NCBI GenBank assembly: GCA_964016885.1
Contig: OZ024761.1
Span: 1,736,001 to 1,800,000 of the forward strand
DNA: 64,000 nucleotides
DNA from: Eledone cirrhosa
Taxonomy: Eukaryota
Direction: 5' to 3'
Shown one piece after another: positions 13,543-25,808 of this stretch. Under the pieces are notes generated by a model. It did no database searches, was not told where the DNA came from, and saw nothing but the letters and a program-made list of their open reading frames with translations. The translations under genes and the position numbers were made by a program. Position 1 is the stretch's first letter. Each line of letters starts with the position of its first letter.

Positions 13543-14202
13543 AGCATAAATGAACTAAGTGAGAAATTAGGAATAAGAGGGATCAGATGCTGTTTACTCA
13601 AGAGAAGACTACGTTGGTATGGTCACGTGATGCGCATGAAAGACGACAGCTGTATAAAAAAGTGCAGGAAGATCAAAATAGACGGTAGCTACGGAGTAGG
13701 CAGACCCAGAAAAACCTGGGATGACTTGATAAATTCCGACCTCACACACTTACATCTCTCCAAGACAATGTCACTGGACCGAGATCTTTGGCGCTACGCA
13801 GTAATACAGAAGACCCGCCTTGCCTAAGTACAAAGCGAAACCTACAGTCAGTAGGCACCTCTTAACCAAAATACATCCCCGTCCCACTACCCCTACCCCC
13901 ACCGCCATCTATACCACCCCTTTCTCTGTAAAGCTATGTTGGTACCACAACATCCAGTCCTAAATAAATGAGGTCGTGTAGGTGTCACGACAAAAACACA
14001 CACAGTCCACGCTGTAATGTGGCCGTGTAGGTAACACGGTAAAAACCTCCCAGTACACACTGTAAACGTGTTTGGTGTTGGGAAGGGCATCCAGCCGTAG
14101 AAAACCCGCCAGACAGTCCTATATGAGCAAGATAACAAATCTTGCCTCAAGTGGGACAATTCCCGTCCAGACCCATGCAAGCGTGGAAGATGGACGTTAA
14201 AC

Positions 14203-14232
<30 letters not shown>
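13543..14232 (+). mobile_element. RTE LINE 3' fragment (second subfamily); related pieces at 25806-26378(-), 31619-32077(-), 41304-41745(-), 56645-56885(-), 60712-61007(+)
   Basis: RRLRWYGHVMRM...GRPRKTW motif, shared 3' UTR, (GAT)n tail. Confidence 0.85.
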
Positions 14233-14233
<1 letters not shown>

Positions 14234-14263
14234 TACCTATATATTTATCCTTCTGTGTTCCAG

Positions 14264-14401
14264 TGTGTCCCATTGGTAACTATGGAGTAAACTGTGAAGG
14301 CCAGTGCCACTGTAGAAACAATAGTTATTGTCACACAGTTGATGGTAGATGTATTAATCTTACCTGTCAACCTGGTTACACAGGTGCTAACTGTCAGACA
14401 G
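14264..14401 (+). CDS. EGF-repeat receptor exon E6
   Basis: ttccag| ... |gtaagt; 138 bp; CPIGNYGVNCEGQCHCRNNSYCHTVDGRCINLTCQPGYTGANCQT. Confidence 0.92.
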
Positions 14402-14439
14402 GTAAGTTACCTTGTTATCATGCCATTCTTCTAAATCCT

Positions 14440-15027
14440 TTATTAATGTTGTGTAGGGCCTCTCTTGTACATAACTGTGACTGCTGTTTAATGTTGTATG
14501 GGGCCTCACACCTACATTACTGTGGCTGCTGTTTAATGTTGTGTAGGGCCTCTCTTGTACATAACTGTAGCTGCTGTTTAATGTTGTGTGGGGGCCTCAC
14601 ATCTACATTACTGTGGTTGCTGTTTAATGTTGTGTGGGGCCTTTCTTGTACATAACTGTAGCTGCTGTTTAATGTTGTGTGGGGGCCTCACATCTACATT
14701 ACTGTGGTTGCTGTTTAATGTTGTGTAGGGCCTCTCTTGTACATAACTGTAGCTGCTGTTTAATGTTGTGTGGGGGCCTCACACCTACATTACTGTGGCT
14801 GCTGTTTAATGTTGTGTAGGGCCTCTCTTGTACATAACTGTGGTTGCTGTTTAATGTTGTGTGGGGCCTTTCTTGTACATCACTGTGGCTGATGTTTAAT
14901 GTTGTGTAGGGCCTCTTTTGTACATCACTGTAGTTGTTTAATCTTTGTTTAATGTGTGGGGCCTCGCTTGTAAATCACTGTGGCTGTTGTTTAATTTTGT
15001 GAGGGGCCTCTCTTGTACATCACTGTA
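14440..15027. repeat. 45/46-bp minisatellite with alternating A/B units
   Basis: gtttaatg at 14531, 14576, 14622...; units alternate ctctcttgtacataac / ctcacatctacattac. Confidence 0.85.
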
Positions 15028-15152
15028 CCACCACCACTACCCACCACCACCACCACTACCCACCACCACCACCACTACCCACCACCACCACCACAAGCTA
15101 TTAAACATCAATGGCAATGAACACCAGTTTACACCTCCAATTTTTATTTCAG

Positions 15153-15290
15153 AATGCAAAAAAGGATATTTTGGTGAAAACTGCAAACATTTGTGTCATT
15201 GTGCTGACAATAACCGATGTGACACTAAATCTGGAGTATGCTCCAGTGTGGGCTGTGCTGCTGGTTTCCAAGGAGACAACTGTCAATCTG
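15153..15290 (+). CDS. EGF-repeat receptor exon E7
   Basis: tttcag| ... |gtgggt; 138 bp; CKKGYFGENCKHLCHCADNNRCDTKSGVCSSVGCAAGFQGDNCQS. Confidence 0.92.
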
Positions 15291-16432
15291 GTGGGTAGGA
15301 TATGTTTAACCCTATAGCAAGTATATTACTCTATATCTACTATTATATTTTCACGGTAAAGGCTTTATCTCGCATAATATCAAATCTAAAGTCAGATAAG
15401 CTATCAACAGAGAGTGAACAAAGAAACTTCTTCAGGTGTAATGATCTGTCTTTGATTATCATGGGTGAGAAACACTATGGTGGCTGGATCATTAAACCAT
15501 TTATATAAATTACTAGCAGAGGTACCCGGCGTTGCTCGGGTATTAAATAGCAGTTATGTATACCATTTATGTCAATACTTCTGTGCTGCTTCGTAAACTA
15601 TACTTTTACAAAATCATCGGCTTTTTCCAAAAGGGGGTTCCTGTCCCCAGGGGTCCCCTACTCAATCTGTGCCAATTCTGAGAGTTCACATTCATCTGTA
15701 GAACAAACGTAACCCATGTGTCAAGTTTTGTGAAAATTGGTTTCGAACTCCAGAAGTTATGACGTTTTGTTGCATTGCACTGCTTCCAAGAAAGCGGTTA
15801 AAGGGAGTCCCTATAATCAATATCTGGAAAAATGAAAGTGTCCATGACCATCCGGAGAACATAAGTAACCTAAGTTTGGTGAAAAACTGTAGAAATGTAT
15901 AAGGTTTACACACACTCACACACACACGCGCGCGCGTTTGTGTCTGTGTCTGTATTTGTGTGTGCGTATGTATATGTATATGTATGTCCGTCGGCGCATA
16001 CGTATGTACTGGCCTAAATCTTCACTATTTACTTTTACTATTTTAATAACCTCTGTCATTTTCGTTTACAATTTTATTTACATCATTCTTAAACTCCGGG
16101 GCTGGAAATCATTTGGTTATTTTAAATAGAACATTAGTCTAACAACTCAATTTATACCATAAACTTGGTCTTGTCTTTGCATGAAATTGTTCTTCTCGTT
16201 CCACATAACGACGTATTATCCTCGCTTGTTTTCCGTTCATTGCCAGGGAACGTCTTCACGAACCAAAATATCATCTTCCTGTTTTCCTTCGGTTGCACTG
16301 TTTCTCGAAATATTTACTTCTGCGTTCACAGATTGAATTTTTTAGTTTCAGAAGATCCCCTTAATGTTGAAAGCAGCGATTCTTTGCTTAAACTTTAATC
16401 TGTTGTTATAACAAATATATATATATAGAGAG

Positions 16433-18053
16433 ATATTTACCATGCGGTATTCTAATCCTATTGTATCTCTCTCAGTTATTTACCATGCGACCCTCAGTTC
16501 CTACCCCCCCCCCCCTCTCTATGCACTTCTTTAAGGCTTACTACCCTGTCTTTAACCTAATTCATTCAATCTGAAAATATTGAAGAGATAAGACACTTTC
16601 CCATTCTTCTCTGCTAAAATGTACCACTAGAGCTGATTCAAATTTTCCCAGCCAGCCATCCATCTAATCTACGAAGGTATTTTAGCCTACATATTGTCGT
16701 TAATATTATGATGTTCCCTGCTGTATTAGCGTTAAATCTTCCCTGCTGTATTAGCGATAAATTTTCGAGGGTTTCTCTTAGTAGCTTTTTTCATGACGTT
16801 ATTATTGTTAATTTTACTGATGTAGTATTAACTTGGATATTTACCATGCGACCCTCAGTTCCTACCTCACAATTGTCGTTAATATTATGATGTTCCCTGC
16901 TGTATTAGCGTTAAATTTTCCCTGCTGTATTAGCGATAAATTTTCGAGGGTTTCTCTTAGTAGCTTTTTTCATGACGTTATTATTGTTAATTTTACTGAT
17001 GTAGTATTAACTTATTAACTTGGATATTTACCATGCGGTATTCTAATCCTATTGTATCTCTCTCAGTTATTTACCATGCGACCCTCAGTTCCTACCCCCC
17101 CCCCCCTCTCTATGCACTTCTTTAAGGCTTACTACCCTGTCTTTAACCTAATTCATTCAATCTGAAAATATTGAAGAGATAAGACACTTTCCCATTCTTC
17201 TCTGCTAAAATGTACCACTAGAGCTGATTCAAATTTTCCCAGCCAGCCATCCATCTAATCTACGAAGGTATTTTAGCCTACATATTGTCGTTAATATTAT
17301 GATGTTCCCTGCTGTATTAGCGTTAAATCTTCCCTGCTGTATTAGCGATAAATTTTCGAGGGTTTCTCTTAGAAGCTTTTTTCATGACGTTATTATTGTT
17401 AATTTTACTGATGTAGTATTAACTTGGATATTTACCATGCGACCCTCAGTTCCTACCTCACAATTGTCGTTAATATTATGATGTTCCCTGCTGTATTAGC
17501 GTTAAATTTTCCCTGCTGTATTAGCGATAAATTTTCGAGGGTTTCTCTTAGTAGCTTTTTTCATGACGTTATTATTGTTAATTTTACTGATGTAGTATTA
17601 ACTTATTAACTTGGATATTTACCATGCGGTATTCTAATCCTATTGTATCTCTCTCAGTTATTTACCATGCGACCCTCAGTTCCTACCCCCCCCCCCTCTC
17701 TATGCACTTCTTTAAGGCTTACTACCCTGTCTTTAACCTAATTCATTCAATCTGAAAATATTGAAGAGATAAGACACTTTCCCATTCTTCTCTGCTAAAA
17801 TGTACCACTAGAGCTGATTCAAATTTTCCCAGCCAGCCATCCATCTAATCTACGAAGGTATTTTAGCCTACATATTGTCGTTAATATTATGATGTTCCCT
17901 GCTGTATTAGCGTTAAATCTTCCCTGCTGTATTAGCGATAAATTTTCGAGGGTTTCTCTTAGTAGCTTTTTTCATGACGTTATTATTGTTAATTTTACTG
18001 ATGTAGTATTAACTTGGATATTTACCATGCGACCCTCAGTTCCTACCTCACAA
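16433..18053. repeat. 591-bp tandem monomers (~2.7 copies), each with an internal ~180-bp duplication
   Basis: catgcggtattctaatcc at 16441, 17032, 17623; near-identical copies. Confidence 0.92.
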
Positions 18054-18290
18054 TTTCCCTCCCCCCCACCCCCACACACCACCATAGTCTATTCGACCAA
18101 TCAAACCTAGCATGCCATTTCCACTGCTGCTGCTGCTACTACCTGCCTAACTAACTCTCTCCTCCTCTGGCGCATCCCAACACACCCTGCCATTACCCCA
18201 CCACCACTGTCCTTCTAGCCCTCAATTTTCCCACCGTTATGGATGGATGAGCTGGGAATACACGAGCAACTCTGAATCAATAGATGAAAT

Positions 18291-21200
18291 ATGAATCTGC
18301 GAGCTACCAAGCACCCACGTGAAGCGCCAACCCAGAGACCCTCCCCTACGAGTGTCGACAAATGCCCAAAACTCCGAGTTGGTACCATCAACGTAGGCTC
18401 AATGAAAGGAAGAGCAGGAGAAATCGTAGAAATGCTAGAGCGAAAGGAAGTTGATGTATGCTGTGTGCAAGAGACTAGATGGAGAGGAGGGTCTGCTAGA
18501 GTCCTTGTAGGAAAAAGCCAGTGCTACAAATTTTTCTGGGTGGGAAATGACGATGGGATGGGTGGTGTAGGTATACTATTAGCTGACAAGTGGGTAGATA
18601 AAGTAATCTCAGTGTACAGGGTAAATGCAAGAATCATTAAACTCAGACTAGTCCTGAATAAGACAATTACCACAATAATATCAGCTTACGCACCCCAATC
18701 GGGGCTGCCAGACGAACTTAAGGATAGGTTTTACGAGTCCCTAATACACACTACTGCTCTAACAGACGACAAGGACTTCCTAATCATTGCAGGAGATTTT
18801 AACGGACACATAGGTAAACACTGCGACGGCTTCAATAGAGTACATGGAGGCCATGGAGTTGGCACAAGGAATGAGGAAGGATTCAGACTTCTAGAATTCT
18901 GCGACGCCAATGACATGTCGATATGTAACACAAACTTTAAAAAACCCGACAACCACCTGATCACCTATAGATCAGGGGAGCACTCTAGTCAGTTAGATTT
19001 TATCCTCATCAGAGGACGTGACAGATGGACGGTCGTAAACACAAAAGCCTTCCCTAGTGAGGAATGTACATCCCAACATAGCTTAGTTGTCAGCGACCTC
19101 ACGGTCAGAACTAGACGAGCCCTGAAACAGAGGCCAACCTGGAGAAGAAAGATCTGGAAGCTGAAAGTCCCCTCAACCAGTAACAGATTTAAAGATATTT
19201 TACTCAACGCCTACGACAGTAAAGAAGAACAGATAGAGACATTTAACGTAGAAGAGAACTGGGAGTTCCTAAAAAATAACTTACTAGAGGCGACGGATGA
19301 GGTTTGTGGCTGGAGTAAGACCTCAAGCAGGAGGAGAGTGACTTGGTGGTGGAACAATAAGGTAGATGAAGCAGTCAAGGCCAAGAGACAGGCATGGAAA
19401 GAATGGAAGAACGGGGGGAGCAGGGTACATTACATAGAGACCAAGAGGGAAGCTAGGCGACAAGTATACTTAGCTAGGAGGGAAGCAGAGGATAGAAAAT
19501 TCAAGCATGTTTTACAACGTGAGGACCAGAAACAGGAGGTATTCAAGATTGCGAGGCAGTGTGTCAGAGATAGTTGTGATGTCATTGGAGAGAAGTGTAT
19601 CCGGAATGATAAAGGTGAGCTTGCCCTCACAAGTGCTGAGAAGAAAGATGCATGGAAGAGTCATTATGATAGATTACTAAATGAGGAGAATGCATGGGAA
19701 GAAGAGACCCTACCCCACGTAGACCCTATAGAGGGACCAGCAGTACAAGTCAGCGGCAGCGTAGTAAGTAAGGCAATCAGAGATATGAAGATAGGGAAGG
19801 CAACCGGTCCATCGGGTATAGCTGCCGAGATGCTGAAGGCATCTGGGTCTGTAGGTCACACTATAACCACACGTATCGTTAACCAGGTAATACTAGAGGG
19901 GGCCATACCAAAAGATTGGTGCAGTAGCATCATTGTCAACTGCTACAAAGGTAAAGGCGATGCACTAGATAGAGGAAACTATAGAGGTATAAAGTTGATG
20001 GACCAGGTCATGAAAGTAACAGAAAGAGTTATAGCACAGCTGATTAGGGACCGGGTGAATATAGACGAGATGCAATTTGGGTTTGTACCAGGGAAAGGCA
20101 CCACTGATGCGCTCTTCCTTGTGAGGCAATTACAGGAAAAGTACCTAGCTAAAAGTAAGCCACTCTACTTGGCATTTGTCGACCTTGAGAAAGCCTTTGA
20201 CAGAGTTCCACGTGCAGTAATCTGGTGGGCTCTTAGAAAACTAGGAGTAGATGAATGGCTTGTGAAAGCGGTACAAGCCATGTATAGGGGAGCAGTCAGC
20301 AAAGTTAGGATTGGCAATGAGTATAGCGAGGAATTTAGCGTACAGGTTGGGGTCCACCAGGGCTCTGTTCTTAGCCCTCTCCTGTTCATCATAGTCCTGC
20401 AGGCAATAACGGAGGAGTTTAAGACCGGATGCCCATGGGAACTCCTGTATGCTGATGACCTCGCACTCATAGCTGAATCTATGGTAGAACTAGAGAATAA
20501 ATTCCAAACCTGGAAGCAGGGACTAGAGAGAAAGGGCCTCAAAGTCAACATGACAAAGACTAAGGTCCTTATAAGTAGACGAGAAAACAGAACCCAGATC
20601 CCCTCAGGGAAATGGCCTTGCTCAGTATGTAGGAAAGGTGTAGGTAGGAACTCCATTCTTTGCCCCAAATGCAAACAATGGGTACACAAGAGATGTAGCG
20701 GGATCTCAGGAAGCTTAATTAAGAATGTAGGATTCACATGCAGCAGCTGTGCTGAAACAGCAAGCAAACAGCCACAGGAAACAAGTACCACCAATCTCTG
20801 GGAGGGCCCTGTAGAAACAGTAGACAGCTTCTGCTACCTAGGTGACCGAATTAGCAACGGAGGTGGGTGCTCAGAAAGTACAATAACTAGGGTAAGAACG
20901 GGATGGAAGAAGTTTAGGGAACTACTACCACTGCTAGCTGCAAAAGGCTTCTCCCTCAGAATGAAAGGCAGACTGTATGATGCGTGTATCCGAACAGCGA
21001 TGTTGCATGGTAGTGAGACCTGGGCGCTGAAGGTGGAAGACTTACGTAGATTAGAGAGAAACGAAGCCTGCATGCTCCGATGGATGTGTAACAGTAATAT
21101 ACGTGAACGACAAAGCATAAATGAATTGAGAGAGAGACTGAGCATAAGAGGAATCAAATGCTGCGTGCAGGAGAGGCGGTTACGCTGGTATGGACATGTG

Positions 21201-21410
21201 ATGCGTATGAAGGATGACAGCTGCATAAAAAGGTGCAGAGCACTAGAAGTTGATGGAAACCGCGGAGTGGGGAGACCCAAGATGACTTGGGATGAGGTGA
21301 TAAAAGCCGACCTTACCCAACTACACCTCTCAAAGTCAATGACACACGACCGTGACTTCTGGCGTCACGCAGTAATACAGGGTACCCGACCTCCCATGGG
21401 TACATGCTGA
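18291..21410 (+). CDS. Intact RTE-clade LINE ORF: APE endonuclease, reverse transcriptase and Cys/His (PHD-like) insert
   Basis: 1039 aa without stops; GTINVG, CVQET, AGDFNGH, LDFIL; QFGF, FVDLEKAFD, GVHQGSVLSPLLF, YADD; CSVC..CPKC..HKRC; 3' UTR ending in (GAT)n at ~21713. Confidence 0.95.
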   Translation: MNLRATKHPREAPTQRPSPTSVDKCPKLRVGTINVGSMKGRAGEIVEMLERKEVDVCCVQETRWRGGSARVLVGKSQCYKFFWVGNDDGMGGVGILLADKWVDKVISVYRVNARIIKLRLVLNKTITTIISAYAPQSGLPDELKDRFYESLIHTTALTDDKDFLIIAGDFNGHIGKHCDGFNRVHGGHGVGTRNEEGFRLLEFCDANDMSICNTNFKKPDNHLITYRSGEHSSQLDFILIRGRDRWTVVNTKAFPSEECTSQHSLVVSDLTVRTRRALKQRPTWRRKIWKLKVPSTSNRFKDILLNAYDSKEEQIETFNVEENWEFLKNNLLEATDEVCGWSKTSSRRRVTWWWNNKVDEAVKAKRQAWKEWKNGGSRVHYIETKREARRQVYLARREAEDRKFKHVLQREDQKQEVFKIARQCVRDSCDVIGEKCIRNDKGELALTSAEKKDAWKSHYDRLLNEENAWEEETLPHVDPIEGPAVQVSGSVVSKAIRDMKIGKATGPSGIAAEMLKASGSVGHTITTRIVNQVILEGAIPKDWCSSIIVNCYKGKGDALDRGNYRGIKLMDQVMKVTERVIAQLIRDRVNIDEMQFGFVPGKGTTDALFLVRQLQEKYLAKSKPLYLAFVDLEKAFDRVPRAVIWWALRKLGVDEWLVKAVQAMYRGAVSKVRIGNEYSEEFSVQVGVHQGSVLSPLLFIIVLQAITEEFKTGCPWELLYADDLALIAESMVELENKFQTWKQGLERKGLKVNMTKTKVLISRRENRTQIPSGKWPCSVCRKGVGRNSILCPKCKQWVHKRCSGISGSLIKNVGFTCSSCAETASKQPQETSTTNLWEGPVETVDSFCYLGDRISNGGGCSESTITRVRTGWKKFRELLPLLAAKGFSLRMKGRLYDACIRTAMLHGSETWALKVEDLRRLERNEACMLRWMCNSNIRERQSINELRERLSIRGIKCCVQERRLRWYGHVMRMKDDSCIKRCRALEVDGNRGVGRPKMTWDEVIKADLTQLHLSKSMTHDRDFWRHAVIQGTRPPMGTC

Positions 21411-23104
21411 AGCATATAAACAATATGCCCCCCCCCCCCCCACCGCAAGGTGGTCGTGGAGGTGCCACGGCAAAAAAGCACCCAGCCCACACTGTAAAGT
21501 GGACGTGTAGGCGCCACGAAAAAGCACCCAGCACTCACTGTAAATGAGGTTGGTGTTAGGAAGGGCATCCAGCTGTAGAAATCAAGCCAGATCAGTTCCT
21601 GTATGAGCAAGGCATGGTCAGCCGACCAGACACTGCCCACAACAGGACAACCCGTCTAACCCATGCTAGCGTGGAAGAACGGACGTAAAACGGTGATGAT
21701 GATGATGATGATGAGAGAGAGAGAGTGTGAGTGTGTGCGGACATAAATATATATAACACACACAGTCACAGTACGTCTTCTGTGAAAGAAAGAAAGAGAC
21801 GTAAGATTGAGGAAAGGGGAGAGTTGAACAGTATGTAAAGAATAGATAAATAAATAAAAGTTAAAGTTCCTTACTCTCTTTCTTTCTCAACCCTTCTCTT
21901 TCTTTTTTCTCATACCATCTCTCTCTTTCTCTTGCTCTCTCTGCCCTACAGAATGGAGAACAATAAAGAACGTGCAGATGTCTCCCACCCCCCTCATCTC
22001 TCTCTGCCTTTTTATATATATATATGTGTTTGTGTGTGTGAACCAGCGTTCGTCGCCATTCTCTCTCTGTCTCTATCTGAATATCTTGTACCACTCTCTC
22101 TCTGTATAACGGCCTTTCTCACTCTCTCTCTCTCTCTACATCTCCCTTTCTCTCTTTAGATGTATATGTATATATGTGTGTGTGTGTATCATTGACGTGT
22201 TCGTCAGAATGTCGTTATGCAGACAGCCAGACATACAGACAGATATTATAAGGGCTCGACGGAGATCGATAACACCCCTTTAACAACAGAAAATTGAAAA
22301 ATAAAAGCTGCAGTTAGTATCTTTAGACCGCAAGGAATATATAAATGCAAGTTTGAAGAGAATCGGAGTAGAAATGTGGATTTGTATAGACTTTGCAAAA
22401 ATGAGGACACACAGACAACATCAGTTTTATATATACATGATCACAAAGGCATACCTCATAGTATGACTTGTCAAATATTTTAATACGGTTTTAATATTTG
22501 TCAAAGATCAGTATTACACAGATCACTCCTTTTAAATGCACTAACACATTTGTCAATACTTTCAAATGTCAACACTTCTGGTTAGCAATCGCTTAAATAA
22601 ACATTCATATATTTCCGTCACTAATTTTCTCCCCTAATGCAGTTTAAATAATAATTGTTTCTACTTTTGGCACAAGGCCAGCAATTACCCAGTACATTAC
22701 TAGTACTTTATTTTATCGATCCCATAAGGATGAAAGGCAAAGTAAACTTCGATGGGATTTGAACTCAGACTGTAAAGGGGTGTAACTATACTGGAAGGCA
22801 TGGCGTCCGACCCTGTCTTTTTTTAATGTATCATGGGTTACTTTGCTGATTACATAAGAGAGTGTTATGCAGACTTCATTCAATTTTTGTGGATATTGTC
22901 AATTACGATTTGATTTGACATATCATATCTACATGCATATATATTTGCATATGATATCAATATGTACACTTCACAAGCTAGCAGAAAACCACCGAAGGCT
23001 GGTTTTTCTGCTAGTAGTATATATAATGTGTTGTAAAGTAAGGTAGTGTATATATAAATGTTTTACTACAGCTAAATATAATTATCTCTATCATATCTTT
23101 ACAG

Positions 23105-23242
23105 TGTGTTCTGCTGGAAGATTTGGTGTTAATTGTCATGAGGAATGTCACTGCAAGAATATATCTAGCTGTAATCCAATATTGGGTTGGTGTTCTGACA
23201 ACATTTGTGAAGATGGTTACACAGGTTACAACTGTCAGGAAA
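23105..23242 (+). CDS. EGF-repeat receptor exon E8
   Basis: ttacag| ... |gtcagt; 138 bp; CSAGRFGVNCHEECHCKNISSCNPILGWCSDNICEDGYTGYNCQE. Confidence 0.9.
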
Positions 23243-23514
23243 GTCAGTATAAGTCTATATATAAATCTCTTTACGTCTTTCATGCAGGCAGCAGATGTAA
23301 AGAGAGTGGAGTAGTATGAGGTAGTCAAACTACTCTTCTCTCTCTTTAAGTATTGTGATAGAATTTCATTGTAAATGTATGTGTTTGTGTGAATGTATGT
23401 CTGTGTGTGTCTGTGTTTACATGTTTATATTTATATACTCATACATATAAATGTATGCATATGCACATACACACATATATACACATACGCGTCAGCGTAT
23501 GGAAAAAAATTCTA

Positions 23515-23560
<46 letters not shown>

Positions 23561-23608
23561 TCATCATCATCATCTTTGTTTAACGTCCATCTTCCATGCT
23601 TGCATGGG

Positions 23609-23635
<27 letters not shown>

Positions 23636-23642
<7 letters not shown>

Positions 23643-24195
23643 TCTAGAATAAGGACGGGTTGGAAGAAGTTTAGGGAGCTGCCTCCTCTGTTGACAAAGA
23701 AGGGTTTCTCCCTACAAATGAAAGGCTGGTTATATGATGCTTGTGTGAGATGCGTGATGCTGCATGGTAGTGAGACATGGGCAGCAACTGTGGAGGATGT
23801 GCAATGGCTGGAGAGAAATAAAGCAAGCATGGATGTGCAATGTCAACGTGCGTGAATGACCAAGCATGGACAAGTTGAGAGAGAAACTGTGTATAGGAGG
23901 GATAGGCTGTAGTGTGCGGGAGAGAAGACTGCATTGGTATGAACATGTGATGCACATGGAGGATGATCGCTGGGTAAAGAAGTGCCAAGAAATCCCAGTA
24001 TATGGAAGGCGCAGTTGAGGTAGACCACGAAAAACATGGGCGAAGGTGGTGAGAGCAGACCTCAGATCATTGAAGCTCACGGAGAAGATGACGAAGGACC
24101 GTGACGAATGGAGAGATGCTGTGCTTAATAGGACCCATCCCACCCTTGCAAGCAGGGAAAAGTGGGCGTATAAGGATGATCATGATGATGATGAT
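23636..24195 (+). mobile_element. RTE LINE 3' fragment (third subfamily; also 7965-8312 minus)
   Basis: RIRTGWKKFREL..MLHGSETWA motif; distinct tail cccacccttgcaagcaggg. Confidence 0.8.
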
Positions 24196-24412
24196 ATATA
24201 AATATATACTAGTGCGTGATGTTGTGTGGTGTAATGAAAAATGATTGTTGATCTTATCATCATCATTATCATCATCATCAACAGCATTAACAACATCACC
24301 CTCATCAACATTATCATCATCATCATCAACATTAATATATCCATCATCATCATCATCATCACCATCAACAACATCATTAACAAACTCGTTACAACCTATA
24401 ATAATCTTACAG

Positions 24413-24550
24413 CATGTCCAAAGGGTCATTTTGGTTCCCAGTGTAAACAACAGTGTCACTGTTCCCATGAAAACCAATGCGACTCACAATCTGGTATTTG
24501 TTCCAAAGCTGGATGTGTACCAGGTTACCATGGTAACAACTGCCAGAAAG
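24413..24550 (+). CDS. EGF-repeat receptor exon E9
   Basis: ttacag| ... |gttcgt; 138 bp; CPKGHFGSQCKQQCHCSHENQCDSQSGICSKAGCVPGYHGNNCQK. Confidence 0.9.
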
Positions 24551-25360
24551 GTTCGTTGTGGCAATTTTTGAGGTTTTTTCTTTTTCCGACTGTTTCTTTT
24601 TTTTGTTTGTTTGAATGTTTTGTTGCTCCTCATTGGTTTTGCTCTTTTTTATAGAATTCAAAATCTGTAACTGGGTCATTACCATATTTCTAATTAAAGA
24701 CACTATCTATGTCATTAACCCTTTCATTACCATATTTCTAATGAAAGACATTGTCTATGTCATTAACTCTTTCATGACCATATTTCCAATAAAAGACTGC
24801 CTATGATTTTCAAATCATGTTGCAAATTCTTTAGAATTTGAAAGGATTTAGTTTTATAACTAACTTTTCCATTCTTCAGTTGGTGTCTGGAACATAACTC
24901 AACAAATTTGTGACAGTATTAAGATGGGGGTATTTTAGATAGATATAAACACATTAACCCTTTAGTATTTACATTACTCTATATTTACTATTACATTTTC
25001 ATGGTAAAGGCATTACCTCACATAATTATCTCACATAATATCGAATCTGAGAGTTTGATATTCTTTATTTTGAGAACAATACCTTGACGCCGGTATGAGT
25101 GGCTGGTTACAGCCAGTTTGAACAGAAAGAGGTGAGAGAATTGTGGCCGGATATGGCAAGTTTAAATGCTAAAATAAACAGTTTTGTTTCATTGAACCAA
25201 TGGTGGTTCCTTGAAATTTGTTAGGATAAGGGTTATCCCCCACTCCACTGGTATGAAAAGGTTTAATTTGGCCTAAGCTGGTCAGCTGTATTTAATCGAT
25301 ATATTATTTGTCATCTAGAAAAAGAGGCCACTTTACTGACCTTTGTGTTTTCTGTTCCAG

Positions 25361-25543
25361 TGTGTGAAGTTGGACGGTTTGGTGTGAATTGTGAAGAAAC
25401 ATGTCACTGCAAGAATGTTACAAATTGTAACAGGATAAATGGACTTTGTGTTGGTGGTGGTGGTGGTGGTGGTGGTGGAGGTAGTAGTGGAGGTGATGGT
25501 GGTCAGTGTGAAGCTGGATTCATTGGGCCAGACTGTCAAGTAG
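25361..25543 (+). CDS. EGF-repeat receptor exon E10 with Gly-rich insert
   Basis: ttccag| ... |gtgagt; 183 bp (138+45); CEVGRFGVNCEETCHCKNVTNCNRINGLCVGGGGGGGGGGSSGGDGGQCEAGFIGPDCQV. Confidence 0.9.
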
Positions 25544-25759
25544 GTGAGTAAAACCCTTTAGTGTTCAATACTTTTGATGGTCAACATTTCAGGTGGTCAA
25601 TACTTTAGATAGTCAGCACTTTAGGTGGTCAAGACCTTGGATCTAGCTGTTGAAACAGCCGGAGCTCAGCTGTCAGCGTCCTGACTCTTTTCCTATATAT
25701 ATATATATATATACCTTCCATATACTGTACCAATTGTGTTGTTATTTCTGTTTACCTTT

Positions 25760-25808
<49 letters not shown>

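Larger units (their letters stand above)
15513..22440 (-). mobile_element. Non-autonomous Helitron-like element (~1.65 kb without its insert) containing the RTE
   Basis: Minus strand starts A|TC at 22440 and ends with a GC-rich hairpin (cccgagcaacgccggg) then CTAG|T at 15513; no TSD. Confidence 0.6.
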
